Positions 19,782 to 32,334 of a DNA stretch of 64,000 bases are shown here, piece after piece (positions within the stretch are counted from its first letter, which is position 1; each line of letters begins with the position of its first letter). The stretch lies in the NCBI GenBank assembly GCA_051009975.1, contig JBPCWA010000510.1:3158-67157 (forward strand), written 5' to 3'. The DNA is from Hyphomicrobiaceae bacterium (GTDB lineage: Bacteria; Pseudomonadota; Alphaproteobacteria; Rhizobiales; Hyphomicrobiaceae). A program made the translations under genes and the position numbers. The notes beneath the pieces are model-generated. The model ran no database searches, was not told the DNA's origin, and saw nothing but the letters and a program-made list of their open reading frames with translations.

Positions 19782-20117
19782 ATAATGCGGGCAGTTCCGT
19801 TCACGAAATTTGGTCGACGATTATCTGTCGAGATACTTGGAACGCCGCTACGTGGCTAAGCGCTATGTGCCACGTCGGCCCGACGACGTAAATCGACCGG
19901 TTTGCTGTGCCCAATCCGTTTGCAAGAGCCAACCAGGCGATTGGACGTGTGACGGCTCAGTCGAGCAGGAAGCTGCAGCGGGTGTTGTCTTTGGGTAAAG
20001 GTACCGACTTTCTCTGATGATGTTGCACGCACAATGACCCATATGGGGAACAGAATTCATCTGATATGACAAAACAAACCAGCGGAAACCGTTATAATGC
20101 GGGATGATTTCGAAACA

Positions 20118-21248
20118 ATGGCCAAGCGGGACTATTACGAGGTTCTTGGGGTCGGTCGCGATGCGAGCGACCAGAAACTCAAATCGGCATATCGCAAATT
20201 GGCCATGAAGTATCATCCGGATCGCAATCCAGGTGATGAGGGCGCCGAACGCAGTTTCAAGGAGGTCAACGAGGCTTACGAGGCACTCAAAGATCCGCAG
20301 AAACGAGCAGCCTACGACCAATTTGGGCACGCTGCCTTCGAAGGGGGGGCAGGCGGGTCCGGAGGTTTTGGTCCCGATTTCTCACATTCGATGGAGAACA
20401 TATTCGAGGATTTCTTTGGCGACATTATGGGCGGTCGCCGCAGCCAGCGCAGCAAGTCTGGCCGAGAGCGCGGATCTGATCTTCGCTACAACATGGAAAT
20501 TTCCTTGCTGGAAGCCTACGAGGGAAAGACGGCGCAAATTCGCGTTCCAACGAGCGTTGCCTGTGAGACCTGTTCAGGCTCAGGGGCCAAACCAGGGTCA
20601 TCGCCCCGGACGTGCCCGACATGTAGCGGATTTGGAAAGGTTCGCGCGAGCCAAGGATTTTTCACAATAGAGCGCACGTGTCATACGTGTCAGGGTCGGG
20701 GAGACATTATCGACGATCCTTGCAGCCCGTGTTCCGGCGCTGGCCGTGTGAGCAAGGAGCGGACGCTGTCGGTAAATATTCCAGCCGGTGTCGAAGACGG
20801 GACGAGGATCCGACTGGCTGGAGAGGGAGAAGCCGGTCTGCGGTCCGGGCCCGCGGGAGATTTGTATATTTTCCTGTCAATCAAACCAGACGCATTCTTT
20901 CAGCGCGACGGATCTGACGTTTTCTGCCGAGTGCCGATCCCCATGGTAAAAGCCGCTCTGGGTGGTGAGATTGAGGTCCCAACGGTGGCCGGAGGTCTCT
21001 ATTCTGTCAAAGTTCCGGCCGGCAGTCAGTCAGGTACGCAGCTTCGACTTGGTGGGAAGGGTATGCCAATTCTGCGGTCGAAAGTGACTGGCGATATGTA
21101 TATTCAACTGGAGGTCGAGACACCTAAGAAATTGACCCGTCGGCAGCGCGAACTATTGCAGGAGTTTGAGAAAGAAAGTCGCACTGAGACGTCGCCGGAC
21201 ACCAACAATTTTTTCACACGCGTGAAAGAGTTTTTTGATACGAAGTAG
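20118..21248 (+). CDS. dnaJ: molecular chaperone DnaJ (Hsp40)
   Basis: [12 protein letters not shown]...[14 protein letters not shown] (J domain), a G/F-rich linker, and four CxxCxGxG zinc-finger repeats ([32 protein letters not shown]). Confidence 0.97.
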   Translation: MAKRDYYEVLGVGRDASDQKLKSAYRKLAMKYHPDRNPGDEGAERSFKEVNEAYEALKDPQKRAAYDQFGHAAFEGGAGGSGGFGPDFSHSMENIFEDFFGDIMGGRRSQRSKSGRERGSDLRYNMEISLLEAYEGKTAQIRVPTSVACETCSGSGAKPGSSPRTCPTCSGFGKVRASQGFFTIERTCHTCQGRGDIIDDPCSPCSGAGRVSKERTLSVNIPAGVEDGTRIRLAGEGEAGLRSGPAGDLYIFLSIKPDAFFQRDGSDVFCRVPIPMVKAALGGEIEVPTVAGGLYSVKVPAGSQSGTQLRLGGKGMPILRSKVTGDMYIQLEVETPKKLTRRQRELLQEFEKESRTETSPDTNNFFTRVKEFFDTK

Positions 21249-21569
21249 GACGCGGTGACTGACGGGTGCAAGGGTGTGATGCCATCGTATGAAACTCTGT
21301 GCTGAGTAGTCGCGTGCGGCACGGTGTTGTAAGATTTGGAACGACCTTCAACGAGATGGGATCCAGGCCGAGTGGTAATCTTCGCCGGAAAAAAAGTGCT
21401 TTAGTGCTGGCAACAATTCCGCGGTGATCTGTCGTGACCTCGTTAAAGCGAGGCTCAAGGCCATTGAAACACTCTTCCATCGGCGACGCAGCTCAAAGAA
21501 GCTCATGTGTCTACTAGACAAACACTAGCCGCAATAAGGTCTCGTGCGCATACAAGTCCGGAGATTGCC

Positions 21570-22175
21570 ATGACCCATCCGACGTCACTGCTCTTTATTT
21601 CCGGATCTGCGCGTGAGGCTTCACTCAACAAGAAATTGGCGCGCCTCGGCGCAGAGATTGCAAAGTTGAATGGAGTTCCGGCGACATTTGCTGATTTGGG
21701 CGACTATCCGATGCCGCTGTACGATGGCGATCTAGAAACTAACGAAGGTCCCCCCGACAATGCGCGCAAACTCTACGCACTGATGTCGGCGCACGCAGGT
21801 GTGTTTGTTGCCGCCCCAGAATACAACGCGGGCATCACGCCATTGCTCAAAAACTCGCTCGATTGGATGTCACGGGTGCGCATCGAGAATGACGTGCCGC
21901 TTCAAGTATTCAAAACTCGCGTGTTCTTGCTGGCTGCGGCATCTCCAGGTGGTTTTGGTGGACTGCGAGGCTTGATCATGTTGCGTCAAACATTGACGCT
22001 CGGCTTAGGAGCACTGGTCTTACCGGAGCAGTTTATAATGGCAAAAGCACATGAGAGTTTTGATGAGGATGGTCGTATCGTCGACACTGTCCAGCTAGAG
22101 AGACTGAAGGAGTTGGTGCAAAAATTATCTCGAGCCGCCGCGGCCCTGCAAGGAGATAGCCAAGATGTCAGGTAG
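21570..22175 (+). CDS. NADPH-dependent FMN reductase family protein
   Basis: LLFISGSAREASLNKKLARL and VFVAAPEYNAGITPLLKNSLDW are typical of the family. GGAGA SD before the ATG at 21570. Confidence 0.85.
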   Translation: MTHPTSLLFISGSAREASLNKKLARLGAEIAKLNGVPATFADLGDYPMPLYDGDLETNEGPPDNARKLYALMSAHAGVFVAAPEYNAGITPLLKNSLDWMSRVRIENDVPLQVFKTRVFLLAAASPGGFGGLRGLIMLRQTLTLGLGALVLPEQFIMAKAHESFDEDGRIVDTVQLERLKELVQKLSRAAAALQGDSQDVR

Positions 22176-22878
22176 TGTGGCTAACCGCGAGCGAATGATC
22201 GTAGCGCTCGACATGCCGTCCGCCGAGCATGCCAGAAAGCTAGTGGATACACTCGGGACCCGCGTGTCGTTCTACAAGATTGGACTTGAGTTGGTTATGT
22301 CCGGTGGACTTGATCTGGCAACCGATCTCATTGCGTCTGGAAAACGCGTATTTCTCGACATGAAATTCCTTGATATTTCGAACACTGTAGAGCGAGCGGT
22401 TGCTCGGGTGGCAGAGACGGGAATAAGTTTCCTGACAATCCACGCCATGGATCGCAAGACTTTGCGCGCGGCAGTCGCGGGCGCGGACGGATCGCGGCTC
22501 AAACTGCTCGGCGTTACGGTGCTGACGAGCTTGGATGAGAGCGATTTGGAAGAGCAAGGTGTAACCGGGCTGTCGCCGAGCGAGCTGGTGCTGCGGCGGG
22601 TCGAGTTGGTACAGGAGGCTGGACTTGACGGCGTAGTAGCCTCCGGATTGGAGGCCGCCGCTGTGCGGGCAATGGCGGGCCCGGGTCTCTTGGTCGTAAC
22701 TCCGGGCATTCGGTTGACCGGGGACTTTAAGGACGATCAAGTTAGGATTACGACCGCAGATGCAGCCATTGGCGCGGGGGCCGATTACTTGGTGATCGGA
22801 CGGCCGATCACAGAGGCAGATGATCCAGCGGCCGCGGCAGATATGTTCGCGGGTTTGATTAGTCAAGCCTTGCGCTGA
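22165..22878 (+). CDS. pyrF: orotidine 5'-phosphate decarboxylase
   Basis: MIVALDMPS, FYKIGLEL, VFLDMKFLDISNTV, LVIGRPIT. The start may instead be Met 22195. Confidence 0.93.
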   Translation: MSGSVANRERMIVALDMPSAEHARKLVDTLGTRVSFYKIGLELVMSGGLDLATDLIASGKRVFLDMKFLDISNTVERAVARVAETGISFLTIHAMDRKTLRAAVAGADGSRLKLLGVTVLTSLDESDLEEQGVTGLSPSELVLRRVELVQEAGLDGVVASGLEAAAVRAMAGPGLLVVTPGIRLTGDFKDDQVRITTADAAIGAGADYLVIGRPITEADDPAAAADMFAGLISQALR

Positions 22879-22979
22879 AAAGCCTTGTGCGGCCACCTGC
22901 GAGACATGATTTGCGATAGGGCACCCCTGGTTTTGTCGTGGCTAGTGGTGAAAATGACTGCTGGTTCAAGGTGAGAGCA

Positions 22980-23669
22980 ATGACGAGCGAGCCATGGCAT
23001 GCGCAAGTTCTGACGATTTATCCCGAGATGTTTCCTGGCCCCCTCGCCACGTCTGTTGTCGGTACGGCACTGGCGAAGGAGCGCTGGCGACTGTCAACCA
23101 TCAATTTGCGCGACTTTGGCATTGGGCGGCATCGTGCAGTTGATGATACGCCGGCGGGTGGCGGGCCTGGCATGGTCATGAGATGTGACGTGATTGGTGC
23201 TGCTCTAGATCGTGCTGCCGCCATTGATCCGCAATTGCCAAACATCTATTTGTCGCCGCGCGGTGAGCCGCTCAATCAGGAGTTGGTTCGCGAATTCGCG
23301 AGTGGCCCGGGCGTGCGCATCTTGGCAGGCCGGTTTGAAGGCATTGACGAGCGTGTTTTGGTCAAAAAGGAGATAAGAGAGATTTCGATTGGCGACTACG
23401 TAGTGACGGGCGGCGAACTCCCTGCCATGGTGCTGATCGATGCGTGTGTTCGCCTCAAGCCTGGCGTCCTCGGGGCATATCAGTCTCTGGCAAGTGAGAG
23501 TTTCGACGGAAACTTGCTCGAACATCCCCACTATACGCGTCCGCGTGTATGGGAGGGTCAAGTCATTCCTGACGTCTTGTTATCCGGTGATCACGCGAAG
23601 ATCGCCGCGTGGCGTCGCCAACAGTCCGAGACGTTGACTAGAACCCGGCGACCGGATCTGCTGCGATGA
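22980..23669 (+). CDS. trmD: tRNA (guanine37-N1)-methyltransferase
   Basis: VLTIYPEMFPGPL, DDTPAGGGPGMVM, GRFEGIDERV, SIGDYVVTGGELPAMVLIDA, LEHPHYTRP. Confidence 0.95.
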   Translation: MTSEPWHAQVLTIYPEMFPGPLATSVVGTALAKERWRLSTINLRDFGIGRHRAVDDTPAGGGPGMVMRCDVIGAALDRAAAIDPQLPNIYLSPRGEPLNQELVREFASGPGVRILAGRFEGIDERVLVKKEIREISIGDYVVTGGELPAMVLIDACVRLKPGVLGAYQSLASESFDGNLLEHPHYTRPRVWEGQVIPDVLLSGDHAKIAAWRRQQSETLTRTRRPDLLR

Positions 23670-23891
23670 TGTGGTCTTTCGTGGAACGTGCGGTCGGGCC
23701 GAACGAATGGATGTTAGTCGTGCTGCCAACCTGTGATGCGTTGGCAGTCGACAAATGCGCGGATTTCGCGTATTCAGCCTGTCGCGAAATTCCAAAAATC
23801 GGAGCGCCCGACTAGGGCCGCACGAGCGATGCGAAGGCAATCGAGCTTTTCTTCGCTCCTCTGCCAAGATCAATACAAGGACAACAGCAAA

Positions 23892-24599
23892 ATGAACATT
23901 ATTCAGGAGCTCGAGCAGGAGCAGATGACTGCGATCGCGACGCAACGCGCGATCCCGGAGTTTGGCCCGGGTGATACGGTCCGTGTTATGGTGAAAGTTG
24001 TCGAAGGTAAAAACGTGCGCAATCAGGCCTATGAGGGGGTTTGCATTGCGCGGGCGGGCAGTGGATTGAATGAGAACTTTACGGTGCGTAAGATATCTTA
24101 TGGTGAAGGGGTTGAGCGTGTTTTTCCGATCTACTCGCCATTCATTACGGACATTGAAGTCGTTCGGCGCGGCAAAATTCGACGAGCCAAGCTCTACTAT
24201 CTGCGCGGCCGCCGTGGTCGTTCGGCTCGGATTACGGAGCGAACGGACGCACGCGCAAAGCGGTTAAATGCCGCGTTCAAAGGTTTCAGGAAGCCTAAGG
24301 GCGAAAGAGACGATTTGAAATTGATCGAAACGATCGCCCCGGAACTCGAGACGATGTTGAATAAATTGAATATCCTCAAGTTCGAGCAGATTGCGGCGCT
24401 GTCTGATGATGACATTGCCAATATTGACGAGGCTCTGAAGTTGAACGGACGGATCGAGCGCGATGATTGGGTTGCCCAGGCTCAAAGGCTTATGGCGGAG
24501 GCGACGGTTGAGGAAGTCCCGGCAGCTGACGAGGCCGCGTCAAACAGTGATGGTCAGTCCGCCGGCGCTGACGAATCTGCGAACAAGGACAATAGTTAA
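23892..24599 (+). CDS. rplS: 50S ribosomal protein L19 with a C-terminal extension of about 110 aa
   Basis: [11 protein letters not shown] ... [62 protein letters not shown]...[20 protein letters not shown] is the canonical L19 domain. It continues for 100+ more residues to 24599. Confidence 0.9.
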   Translation: MNIIQELEQEQMTAIATQRAIPEFGPGDTVRVMVKVVEGKNVRNQAYEGVCIARAGSGLNENFTVRKISYGEGVERVFPIYSPFITDIEVVRRGKIRRAKLYYLRGRRGRSARITERTDARAKRLNAAFKGFRKPKGERDDLKLIETIAPELETMLNKLNILKFEQIAALSDDDIANIDEALKLNGRIERDDWVAQAQRLMAEATVEEVPAADEAASNSDGQSAGADESANKDNS

Positions 24600-24887
24600 C
24601 AGAAATGCATAACCGCTGCCTCTCTCTGCAACGGCTAATGCATGTTGTGCTGGTGCATTCAATGTGGGACCGAATGCGCCGTGGCATCGTCATTTTTTAG
24701 GCGTCCGCGCTAGCCCACTTATGCGCAGCCAACAATAGGATCTCAAATCGGATTGATCGACGCGATTACAGTCGCACATATCTCTTCGTAAGGCAGCAGG
24801 CGAACCAATTCGGATGACTGCTGCCTAGATGTCTTAGCGGCAAGCCATGTCGTGATGCGATGCTATGCTACGTGAGCCCAATTTGAC

Positions 24888-25739
24888 GTGACAGATATGT
24901 CCAATTCAAGTGCTCGAGGACGCGGATTGCGCCCATCGGGCGGGGATATTCCACTGCATGGAAGTGAGGCCTTTGCGGCCATGCGCAAGGCCGGACAGCT
25001 GGCGGCACAGGCTTTGGACATGCTCGTGCCACATGTTCAGCCGGGCGTAACAACCGAGGCTCTGGATAATCTTGTCTTCGAGTTTGCGTGCGACAATGGT
25101 GCCGTGCCAGCCACGCTGAATTATCGCGGTTACCCAAAATCGTGCTGCACGTCAATTAATCACGTGGTTTGCCATGGCATTCCTGGACCAAAGCCGCTGC
25201 GTCGCGGCGATATTTTGAACATTGACGTGACCCTGATTGTCGATGGCTGGCATGGCGATACCAGCCGAATGTTTCCGGTAGGCCCGGTGAACCGAAAGGC
25301 GGATCGTTTGATCGACGTTACGTTTGAGGCGCTAAATCGGGGAGTAGCGGCGGTCAAACCCGGGCATACTACCGGTCACATTGGAGCGGCAATTCAGAAC
25401 TATGCCGAGGCTGAGCGCTGCAGCGTCGTGCGCGATTTCTGCGGCCATGGCCTCGGGCAAGTCTTTCATGACAAACCGAACATCCTTCACTACGGCATTG
25501 CTGGTGAGGGACCCGAGTTGAGGCCGGGAATGTTATTTACGATCGAGCCGATGATCAACTTGGGTCGGCCGCAAGTGAAGATTCTACCTGATGGCTGGAC
25601 GGCGGTGACCCGTGATCGTGAGTTGTCCGCTCAATTCGAACATACGGTCGGCGTGACGGACGATGGATGCGAAGTTTTCACTTATTCCCCTCGCGGACTT
25701 GATCGTCCGCAATATGATGATGAGAGTTCGAAGGATTGA
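24888..25739 (+). CDS. map: type I methionine aminopeptidase
   Basis: SINHVVCHGIP, DVTLIVDGWHGDTS, FCGHGLG, FTIEPM, QFEHTVGVT (metal ligands). The start is GTG 24888 or ATG 24897. Confidence 0.95.
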   Translation: MTDMSNSSARGRGLRPSGGDIPLHGSEAFAAMRKAGQLAAQALDMLVPHVQPGVTTEALDNLVFEFACDNGAVPATLNYRGYPKSCCTSINHVVCHGIPGPKPLRRGDILNIDVTLIVDGWHGDTSRMFPVGPVNRKADRLIDVTFEALNRGVAAVKPGHTTGHIGAAIQNYAEAERCSVVRDFCGHGLGQVFHDKPNILHYGIAGEGPELRPGMLFTIEPMINLGRPQVKILPDGWTAVTRDRELSAQFEHTVGVTDDGCEVFTYSPRGLDRPQYDDESSKD

Positions 25740-26110
25740 TGTGAGCATGTTCGGCAGATTCGGACGCGGTTAACATGTCCGACAATCATGTCCGACAATA
25801 GTGGGATGTTGGACGTTCTCGTCCATGACGGAGATTCAGCCATCTTGCTATTGATCGTCGATTGATCAGGGGCTCGCGCGCGAGACCAGCTGGGGGCCTC
25901 GCATTCTCGGCCATGAGCGAGATTAGCTCGGCGAGTGCGGTGCCATGACGATGGCGGTCAGGTCTTCGGAGTACCCGCGATGCAACCGCAGGGCGCTGGC
26001 AGTGGGTTCGAGTGCTTGTGGATGCGATGCTGCAACTGTTGAGGCTAATCGTCTACAGCTTGACCCACGTGACTAGTGCCTCCAGGTTAGTTGAAATCCT
26101 GAAAAAGTGA

Positions 26111-27085
<975 letters not shown>

Positions 27086-27272
27086 ACTGAGCCGCAGACC
27101 CGCTTGTGGATTTGGTCATCGGCGTGCTTCATCGTACACTTTGAGTGCGCGATGAGAACTCCTTGCGCTATCTATCATCCTTCGCGTCAATGGGTGAGCT
27201 TTGCAGCGAGCTGCGAAATTCTGAGCAACTATGTTCAGATGTTCTGCGGCTCGCGATGAAAGGTGCCTTGAC

Positions 27273-28163
27273 ATGGACTGGGACAAGCTCCGCATCTTTC
27301 ATGCGGCTGCCGAAGCCGGCAGCTTCACGCATGCCGGCGAACACTTGAATATGAGCCAATCTGCGGTCAGCCGACAGGTATCGTCTCTTGAAAAGGATCT
27401 TGGCGTCGCGCTGTTTCACCGACACGCGCGCGGTCTTGTTCTCACCGAACAGGGAGAAACGTTATTTACGACCGCCACTGAAGTGATGACCAAGTTGCAT
27501 ACTGCAGAGACACTTCTGAGCGATGCGACAACGAAACCAACAGGCGATTTGCGTCTGACGTGTCCGGTCGGTCTCGGTACCGTTTGGGTGACCCAGCGCA
27601 TGCGTGAGTTTATGGATCTTTACCCCGACATTCGGGTTGAGTTGGTGCTCAATGATGAGATGTTGGACATCTCGATGCGGCTGGCTGACGCTGCCCTTTG
27701 GACACATGAGCCCGAACAAAGCGATTTGATCCGCCGTGTCTTGTTTCATGCCGGAGTTCGCGCATTCGCCTCGGCTCAATATGTGCGCCGATATGGTGCT
27801 CCGCGTTCGCTCGATGACCTAAACGATCACAGGATTGTGTCGCATAGCGGTGCCCCGGCCCAACATCTCTCGGCAATCCGATGGTTGGAGACCGCGGGCC
27901 GAAACGGGAGCGCACCCCGTATCCCTTCGTTTCGGGCCAACAGCGTGATTGCAATGAAATATGCTATCCGTTCGGGCGTCGGCATAGGGCTGATACCGGA
28001 GTACTTGGCGGAGGAGGAATCAGATTTAGTGCCCGTGCTGAATGAAGTTAAGTTACCAACTATGCCCGTCATTTTTGTCTACCCAGAAGAGCTGAAGACA
28101 TCGAAGAAAATTCAGGTATTGCGGGACTTTTTGGTGGCTCAAGCGAAAAAGTTCAAATACTAG
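27273..28163 (+). CDS. LysR-family transcriptional regulator
   Basis: MDWDKLRIFHAAAEAGSFTHAGEHLNMSQSAVSRQVSSLEKDLGVALF wHTH followed by the LysR substrate-binding domain. Confidence 0.88.
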   Translation: MDWDKLRIFHAAAEAGSFTHAGEHLNMSQSAVSRQVSSLEKDLGVALFHRHARGLVLTEQGETLFTTATEVMTKLHTAETLLSDATTKPTGDLRLTCPVGLGTVWVTQRMREFMDLYPDIRVELVLNDEMLDISMRLADAALWTHEPEQSDLIRRVLFHAGVRAFASAQYVRRYGAPRSLDDLNDHRIVSHSGAPAQHLSAIRWLETAGRNGSAPRIPSFRANSVIAMKYAIRSGVGIGLIPEYLAEEESDLVPVLNEVKLPTMPVIFVYPEELKTSKKIQVLRDFLVAQAKKFKY

Positions 28164-28578
28164 GGGCCAAGTGGCCCGCAGGTGATATGCGTACGACGCA
28201 TGCCTCACATGCGACGCTACTCCTTGTCGAAAAGTCATGTCTTGCGATTTATTATGGATGCTGTGACGGACAGCTAGTGAAGGCTGTACCCTCCCTTCAA
28301 CGCCTTCGACCCATCCTCTTGGATGTGGCTAACTTTGAGCCGGGCTTTGTGCCCGGCTCTCTTTTTTGGGTCTGCATGAGCGGTGTTCAAACAGAGTTCG
28401 CGCGTGCCACCCTTAAGCCTTTGAGACACAATCTGCCCTTGACGCGTACCACGGCTTTTGGGCGAGACGTTGCAGGTTCCGCTTGCAGGCAGTATCACAC
28501 TCGCCAAAAGCCGGTTGTTGGACAGTCCGTTGTTGGACAGTCCAATGTTAGAAGATTGAACGGGGAGGCCGTGGCGAG

Positions 28579-29982
28579 ATGGCACATACGCTCTACGACA
28601 AGATTTTTGACGCCCATATCGTGGATCGGCAAGACGATGGCACGTGCATCATATATATCGATCGTCATTTGGTACATGAAGTGACGAGTCCGCAGGCTTT
28701 CGAGGGGCTTCGTCTTGCTGGCCGCTCAGTTCGCGCGCCAGAAAAAACGTTGGCCGTAGTCGATCATAACGTTCCGACGACTGATCGAGCGAGAGGGATT
28801 GATGATCCTGAAGCCAAACTGCAGGTGGAAACGCTCGCAAAGAATGCCTCCGAGTTCGGAATTGAGTATTTCAACGAGACCGACCAGCGTCAGGGTATCG
28901 TGCATGTGATTGGCCCCGAGCAAGGTTTTACGTTGCCGGGCACAACGATTGTTTGCGGCGATAGCCACACATCGACACACGGAGCATTCGGTGCGCTGGC
29001 GCACGGGATTGGGACAAGCGAAGTTGAGCATGTCTTGGCGACCCAGACGCTGATCCAAAGCAAAGCAAAAAACATGCGGATCACGGTCGACGGGCAACTC
29101 AATGCAGGGGTGACAGCCAAGGATATCATTCTTGCCATTATTGGCAAGATTGGAACAGCTGGTGGGACGGGCCACGTCATCGAGTATTGCGGAAGCGCAA
29201 TCGAAGCCTTGTCGATGGAAGGTCGCATGACCGTTTGCAACATGTCGATCGAAGGAGGAGCGCGGGCGGGAATGGTGGCGCCGGACGATAAAACCTTGGA
29301 GTATTTAAAAGGTCGACCAAAGGCTCCGAAAGCGGGGGCCTGGGATATGGCCGTCAGATACTGGGAAACTCTGCGGTCAGACGACGATGCCCACTTTGAC
29401 AGGACAGTCACACTCGATGCCAACAATCTGCCGCCAACCGTCACTTGGGGAACGAGTCCCGAAATGGTCGCTACTATCGAGGATCACGTACCAGACCCGG
29501 TGCAGATCGAAGATGAGGGGCGGCGTCGTGCGGTCGAGCGAGCCCTCTCTTATATGGGCTTGGAAGCGAACACTAGGATTCAGGATATTGGTTTGGACGT
29601 GGTGTGGATTGGCTCATGCACGAATGGGCGTATCGACGATCTGCGCGCCGCAGCGCGGATCGTTAAGGGCAAACGCATATCCGAGCGATTGGACTATGCG
29701 CATGTCGTTCCAGGGTCAGGCTTAGTGAAGGCTCAGGCCGAAGCTGAGGGCCTCGACAAAGTATTCAGGGATGCTGGGTTCGACTGGCGCGAGCCAGGCT
29801 GCTCCATGTGTTTGGGAATGAATCCGGACCAGTTAAAGCCGGGCCAGCGTTGTGCAGCGACGTCAAATCGCAACTTTGAAGGACGTCAAGGCTATCGTGG
29901 TCGGACCCACCTGGTGTCCCCGGCGATGGCGGCCGCTGCGGCAATAGCAGGTCATTTTGTCGACGTGAGAGCCCTCAGCTGA
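28579..29982 (+). CDS. leuC: 3-isopropylmalate dehydratase large subunit
   Basis: [55 protein letters not shown] (aconitase-family Fe-S ligands). No leuD follows. Confidence 0.98.
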   Translation: MAHTLYDKIFDAHIVDRQDDGTCIIYIDRHLVHEVTSPQAFEGLRLAGRSVRAPEKTLAVVDHNVPTTDRARGIDDPEAKLQVETLAKNASEFGIEYFNETDQRQGIVHVIGPEQGFTLPGTTIVCGDSHTSTHGAFGALAHGIGTSEVEHVLATQTLIQSKAKNMRITVDGQLNAGVTAKDIILAIIGKIGTAGGTGHVIEYCGSAIEALSMEGRMTVCNMSIEGGARAGMVAPDDKTLEYLKGRPKAPKAGAWDMAVRYWETLRSDDDAHFDRTVTLDANNLPPTVTWGTSPEMVATIEDHVPDPVQIEDEGRRRAVERALSYMGLEANTRIQDIGLDVVWIGSCTNGRIDDLRAAARIVKGKRISERLDYAHVVPGSGLVKAQAEAEGLDKVFRDAGFDWREPGCSMCLGMNPDQLKPGQRCAATSNRNFEGRQGYRGRTHLVSPAMAAAAAIAGHFVDVRALS

Positions 29983-30210
29983 GTATTGCTACGTTTTCGG
30001 CGGGAGAATGGGCGTTCACTGTTGGCTGACGCAAGACGAGATTGAGCTTGACGCGTGTTAGCTCATATCGACGGCGGATGGTGTCCTTCAAGCTAACGTG
30101 ATGATTTGTTCATTGTGTCGCACAACCACTTGCGTATTTCAGTCTGACGCGGTGGAGCCGAGGCCCTACCCGAGAACTGGCCAGTAATCGAAGGCAAAAG
30201 GAGCCTACGT

Positions 30211-30519
30211 ATGAGCAAGAAAATTTCTACTGCAGCCATTGTTGCAGGCGCTGTGGCGATGGCTGCGAGTGGTATTCAGACGACTGGAGCCTCAGCGGGC
30301 GACATGGAGAAGTGTTACGGCATTTCGCTGGCTGGCAAGAATGACTGTAAGGCCGGTGCAGGGACGACATGCGCCGGAACATCGACGATTGACTATCAGG
30401 GAAACGCTTGGACGTTGGTTCCAAAGGGTAGCTGCGAAAGCCTGGCCTGGGACAAAGTTCTTCCGGGCGATCGAAAAGGTAGCCTTGCAGAGCTGAAGCG
30501 AGACAATCCATCATCGTAG
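30211..30519 (+). CDS. DUF2282-family secreted Cys-containing peptide; bufferin (BufA)-type RiPP precursor
   Basis: Strong SD (AAAGGAG). Sec signal peptide [29 protein letters not shown]. The core has four Cys in the DUF2282 pattern: [24 protein letters not shown]...[12 protein letters not shown]. Confidence 0.85.
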   Translation: MSKKISTAAIVAGAVAMAASGIQTTGASAGDMEKCYGISLAGKNDCKAGAGTTCAGTSTIDYQGNAWTLVPKGSCESLAWDKVLPGDRKGSLAELKRDNPSS

Positions 30520-30610
30520 TCGATGCTCGTTGCTGCATTGGCGATATGTGCGTCTCAGGCGGCGCACCTAACACCTCGATGAACGCATAGCGATCAGGAA
30601 AGCGGCCCAT

Positions 30611-31501
30611 ATGATGGAGGCTCGGATCAACAGGACCAAGGCGTTGCCGGATCGAGCCGGTGTAGGTCTGAAGCCAGAGCACTTTGCAGAATTGCTGCAG
30701 GCTGAGCCAGATGTCGGCTGGTTTGAAGTACATCCCGAAAATTATATGGGCTCGGGCGGCCCACCCCATCGTTATCTGACTGCAATTCGCGAGCTGTATC
30801 CGCTCTCACTGCACGGGGTCGGGCTGTCCATTGGTTCTGCAGATCCTCTCGACAGGAACCATCTCAGCCGATTAAAGGCGCTCATCGAGCGGTACGAGCC
30901 GGATAGCTTTTCCGAGCATCTTGCCTGGTCAACACACGACGAGAGTTTTTTGAACGATTTGCTGCCGTTGCCCTACACGGACGAAACTTTGCGCATTGTT
31001 TGCGACCATGTTGACGAGGTGCAGGATTACCTCGCACGCCGGATGCTGTTGGAAAATCCTGCCACTTATGTCGTGTTTGAAGAGAGCACATACGAAGAAA
31101 TCGAGTTTTTGGAGGAGATTGCCTCGCGCACAGGTTGTGGATTGTTATTGGATGTCAACAACGTGTTCGTATCCTGCACCAATCACGCGCGATCCGCGAA
31201 TGATTACATCGATCGATTTCCCATTGCCTTGGTGGACGAGATCCATTTGGCGGGGCACGCCGAGGATCAGGATGACGCCGGCCAGCGTTTGTTGATAGAT
31301 GCACACGATCGTCGCGTCATTGGCGAAGTCTGGAAACTCTTCGAACGCGCCATTGCGCGCGATGGACCAAGGCCAACATTGATAGAATGGGACAACGACA
31401 TTCCAGCTTGGCCTGTCCTTTTTGCCGAGGCTCAACACGCCGAGTCGCTACTTCGTCGAATATCGATGTCTCGGAAAGCCCGCGATCATGCGATGGCGTG
31501 A
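30611..31501 (+). CDS. DUF692 / MbnB-like multinuclear non-heme iron oxidase (MNIO, BufB-type)
   Basis: [62 protein letters not shown] are DUF692 TIM-barrel signatures. Confidence 0.9.
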   Translation: MMEARINRTKALPDRAGVGLKPEHFAELLQAEPDVGWFEVHPENYMGSGGPPHRYLTAIRELYPLSLHGVGLSIGSADPLDRNHLSRLKALIERYEPDSFSEHLAWSTHDESFLNDLLPLPYTDETLRIVCDHVDEVQDYLARRMLLENPATYVVFEESTYEEIEFLEEIASRTGCGLLLDVNNVFVSCTNHARSANDYIDRFPIALVDEIHLAGHAEDQDDAGQRLLIDAHDRRVIGEVWKLFERAIARDGPRPTLIEWDNDIPAWPVLFAEAQHAESLLRRISMSRKARDHAMA

Positions 31502-32258
31502 CGCGCAAAGCAGCTTCGTCGATCGTCTGTTTCAGTCCGATTTGGACGTCCCCGCCGGGATTGGAACTACGGGCGATTTTCCTGCAAAGAAGAGGTTCAA
31601 TGTTTATCGCAACAACGTCATGGCTAGCCTCTCTGATGCGTTGGTTTCAAATTATCCCGTCGTGAATACGCTTGTCGGTGACGAATTTTTTCGCGAAATG
31701 GCGCGTGTGTTTATTGTGTCGCACCCGCCAGGAACACCAGTATTGCTCGAATATGGTCGAGAATTTGCGTCTTTCATTGAAACGTTTGCCCCGGCGCGGA
31801 CTTTGCCCTATCTCGCCGATGTCGCGCGGCTCGAATGGGCATGGATCGTGGCTTACCATGCTGCCGACAGTGACCCGATAGCTATTGGAGCGCTGCAAGC
31901 GATCGCGGCGGATCAACTGGAGGAGGTCCGACTAGATTTTCACCCGTCCTTTCATTTGATTCGATCTGGGTGGCCTGCTGCATCGATCTGGCACGCCCAT
32001 CAATTTGACGACGACCCGGCGGTACGCATGCAAGATATCGCTCCGGAGCGCGAAAACGCGATTGTGGTTCGCCCGCGATCATCGGTCGACGTGCGACGTA
32101 TAAAGGCCGGTTCGGCAGAATTTGTAGCGTGTCTACGGCGTGGTGGAACGCTCGCTCAAGCCGCCGAACCATTGGCTGACGGAAGTAGCGATGATATGGG
32201 AGCAATGCTCCACTTGTTATTTGACTCCGGAAGCATTGTTGGCGTGTCGCACCCGTGA
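31488..32258 (+). CDS. DUF2063-family protein (BufC-type MNIO partner)
   Basis: [62 protein letters not shown] matches the DUF2063 N-terminal signature. The ATG at 31488 overlaps the end of the MNIO gene. Confidence 0.85.
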   Translation: MRWRDAQSSFVDRLFQSDLDVPAGIGTTGDFPAKKRFNVYRNNVMASLSDALVSNYPVVNTLVGDEFFREMARVFIVSHPPGTPVLLEYGREFASFIETFAPARTLPYLADVARLEWAWIVAYHAADSDPIAIGALQAIAADQLEEVRLDFHPSFHLIRSGWPAASIWHAHQFDDDPAVRMQDIAPERENAIVVRPRSSVDVRRIKAGSAEFVACLRRGGTLAQAAEPLADGSSDDMGAMLHLLFDSGSIVGVSHP

Positions 32259-32334
32259 CAGACTTCAGTCCACCATACCAAAAGTCCACCATGTCAAATT
32301 TGAGTTTTTTACCTTAAATGGGGAGGCGTTGGCC

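Noticed and set aside
22240-22896. 218-aa and 145-aa ORFs antisense to pyrF. Similar long antisense ORFs lie opposite dnaK (18360-18888), leuC (28726-29444), the TIGR02302 gene (60267-61219) and the ggt 3' end (43214-43847).
   Set aside because: They are shadow ORFs opposite strongly supported genes in moderately GC-rich DNA. None has motifs or a plausible RBS.
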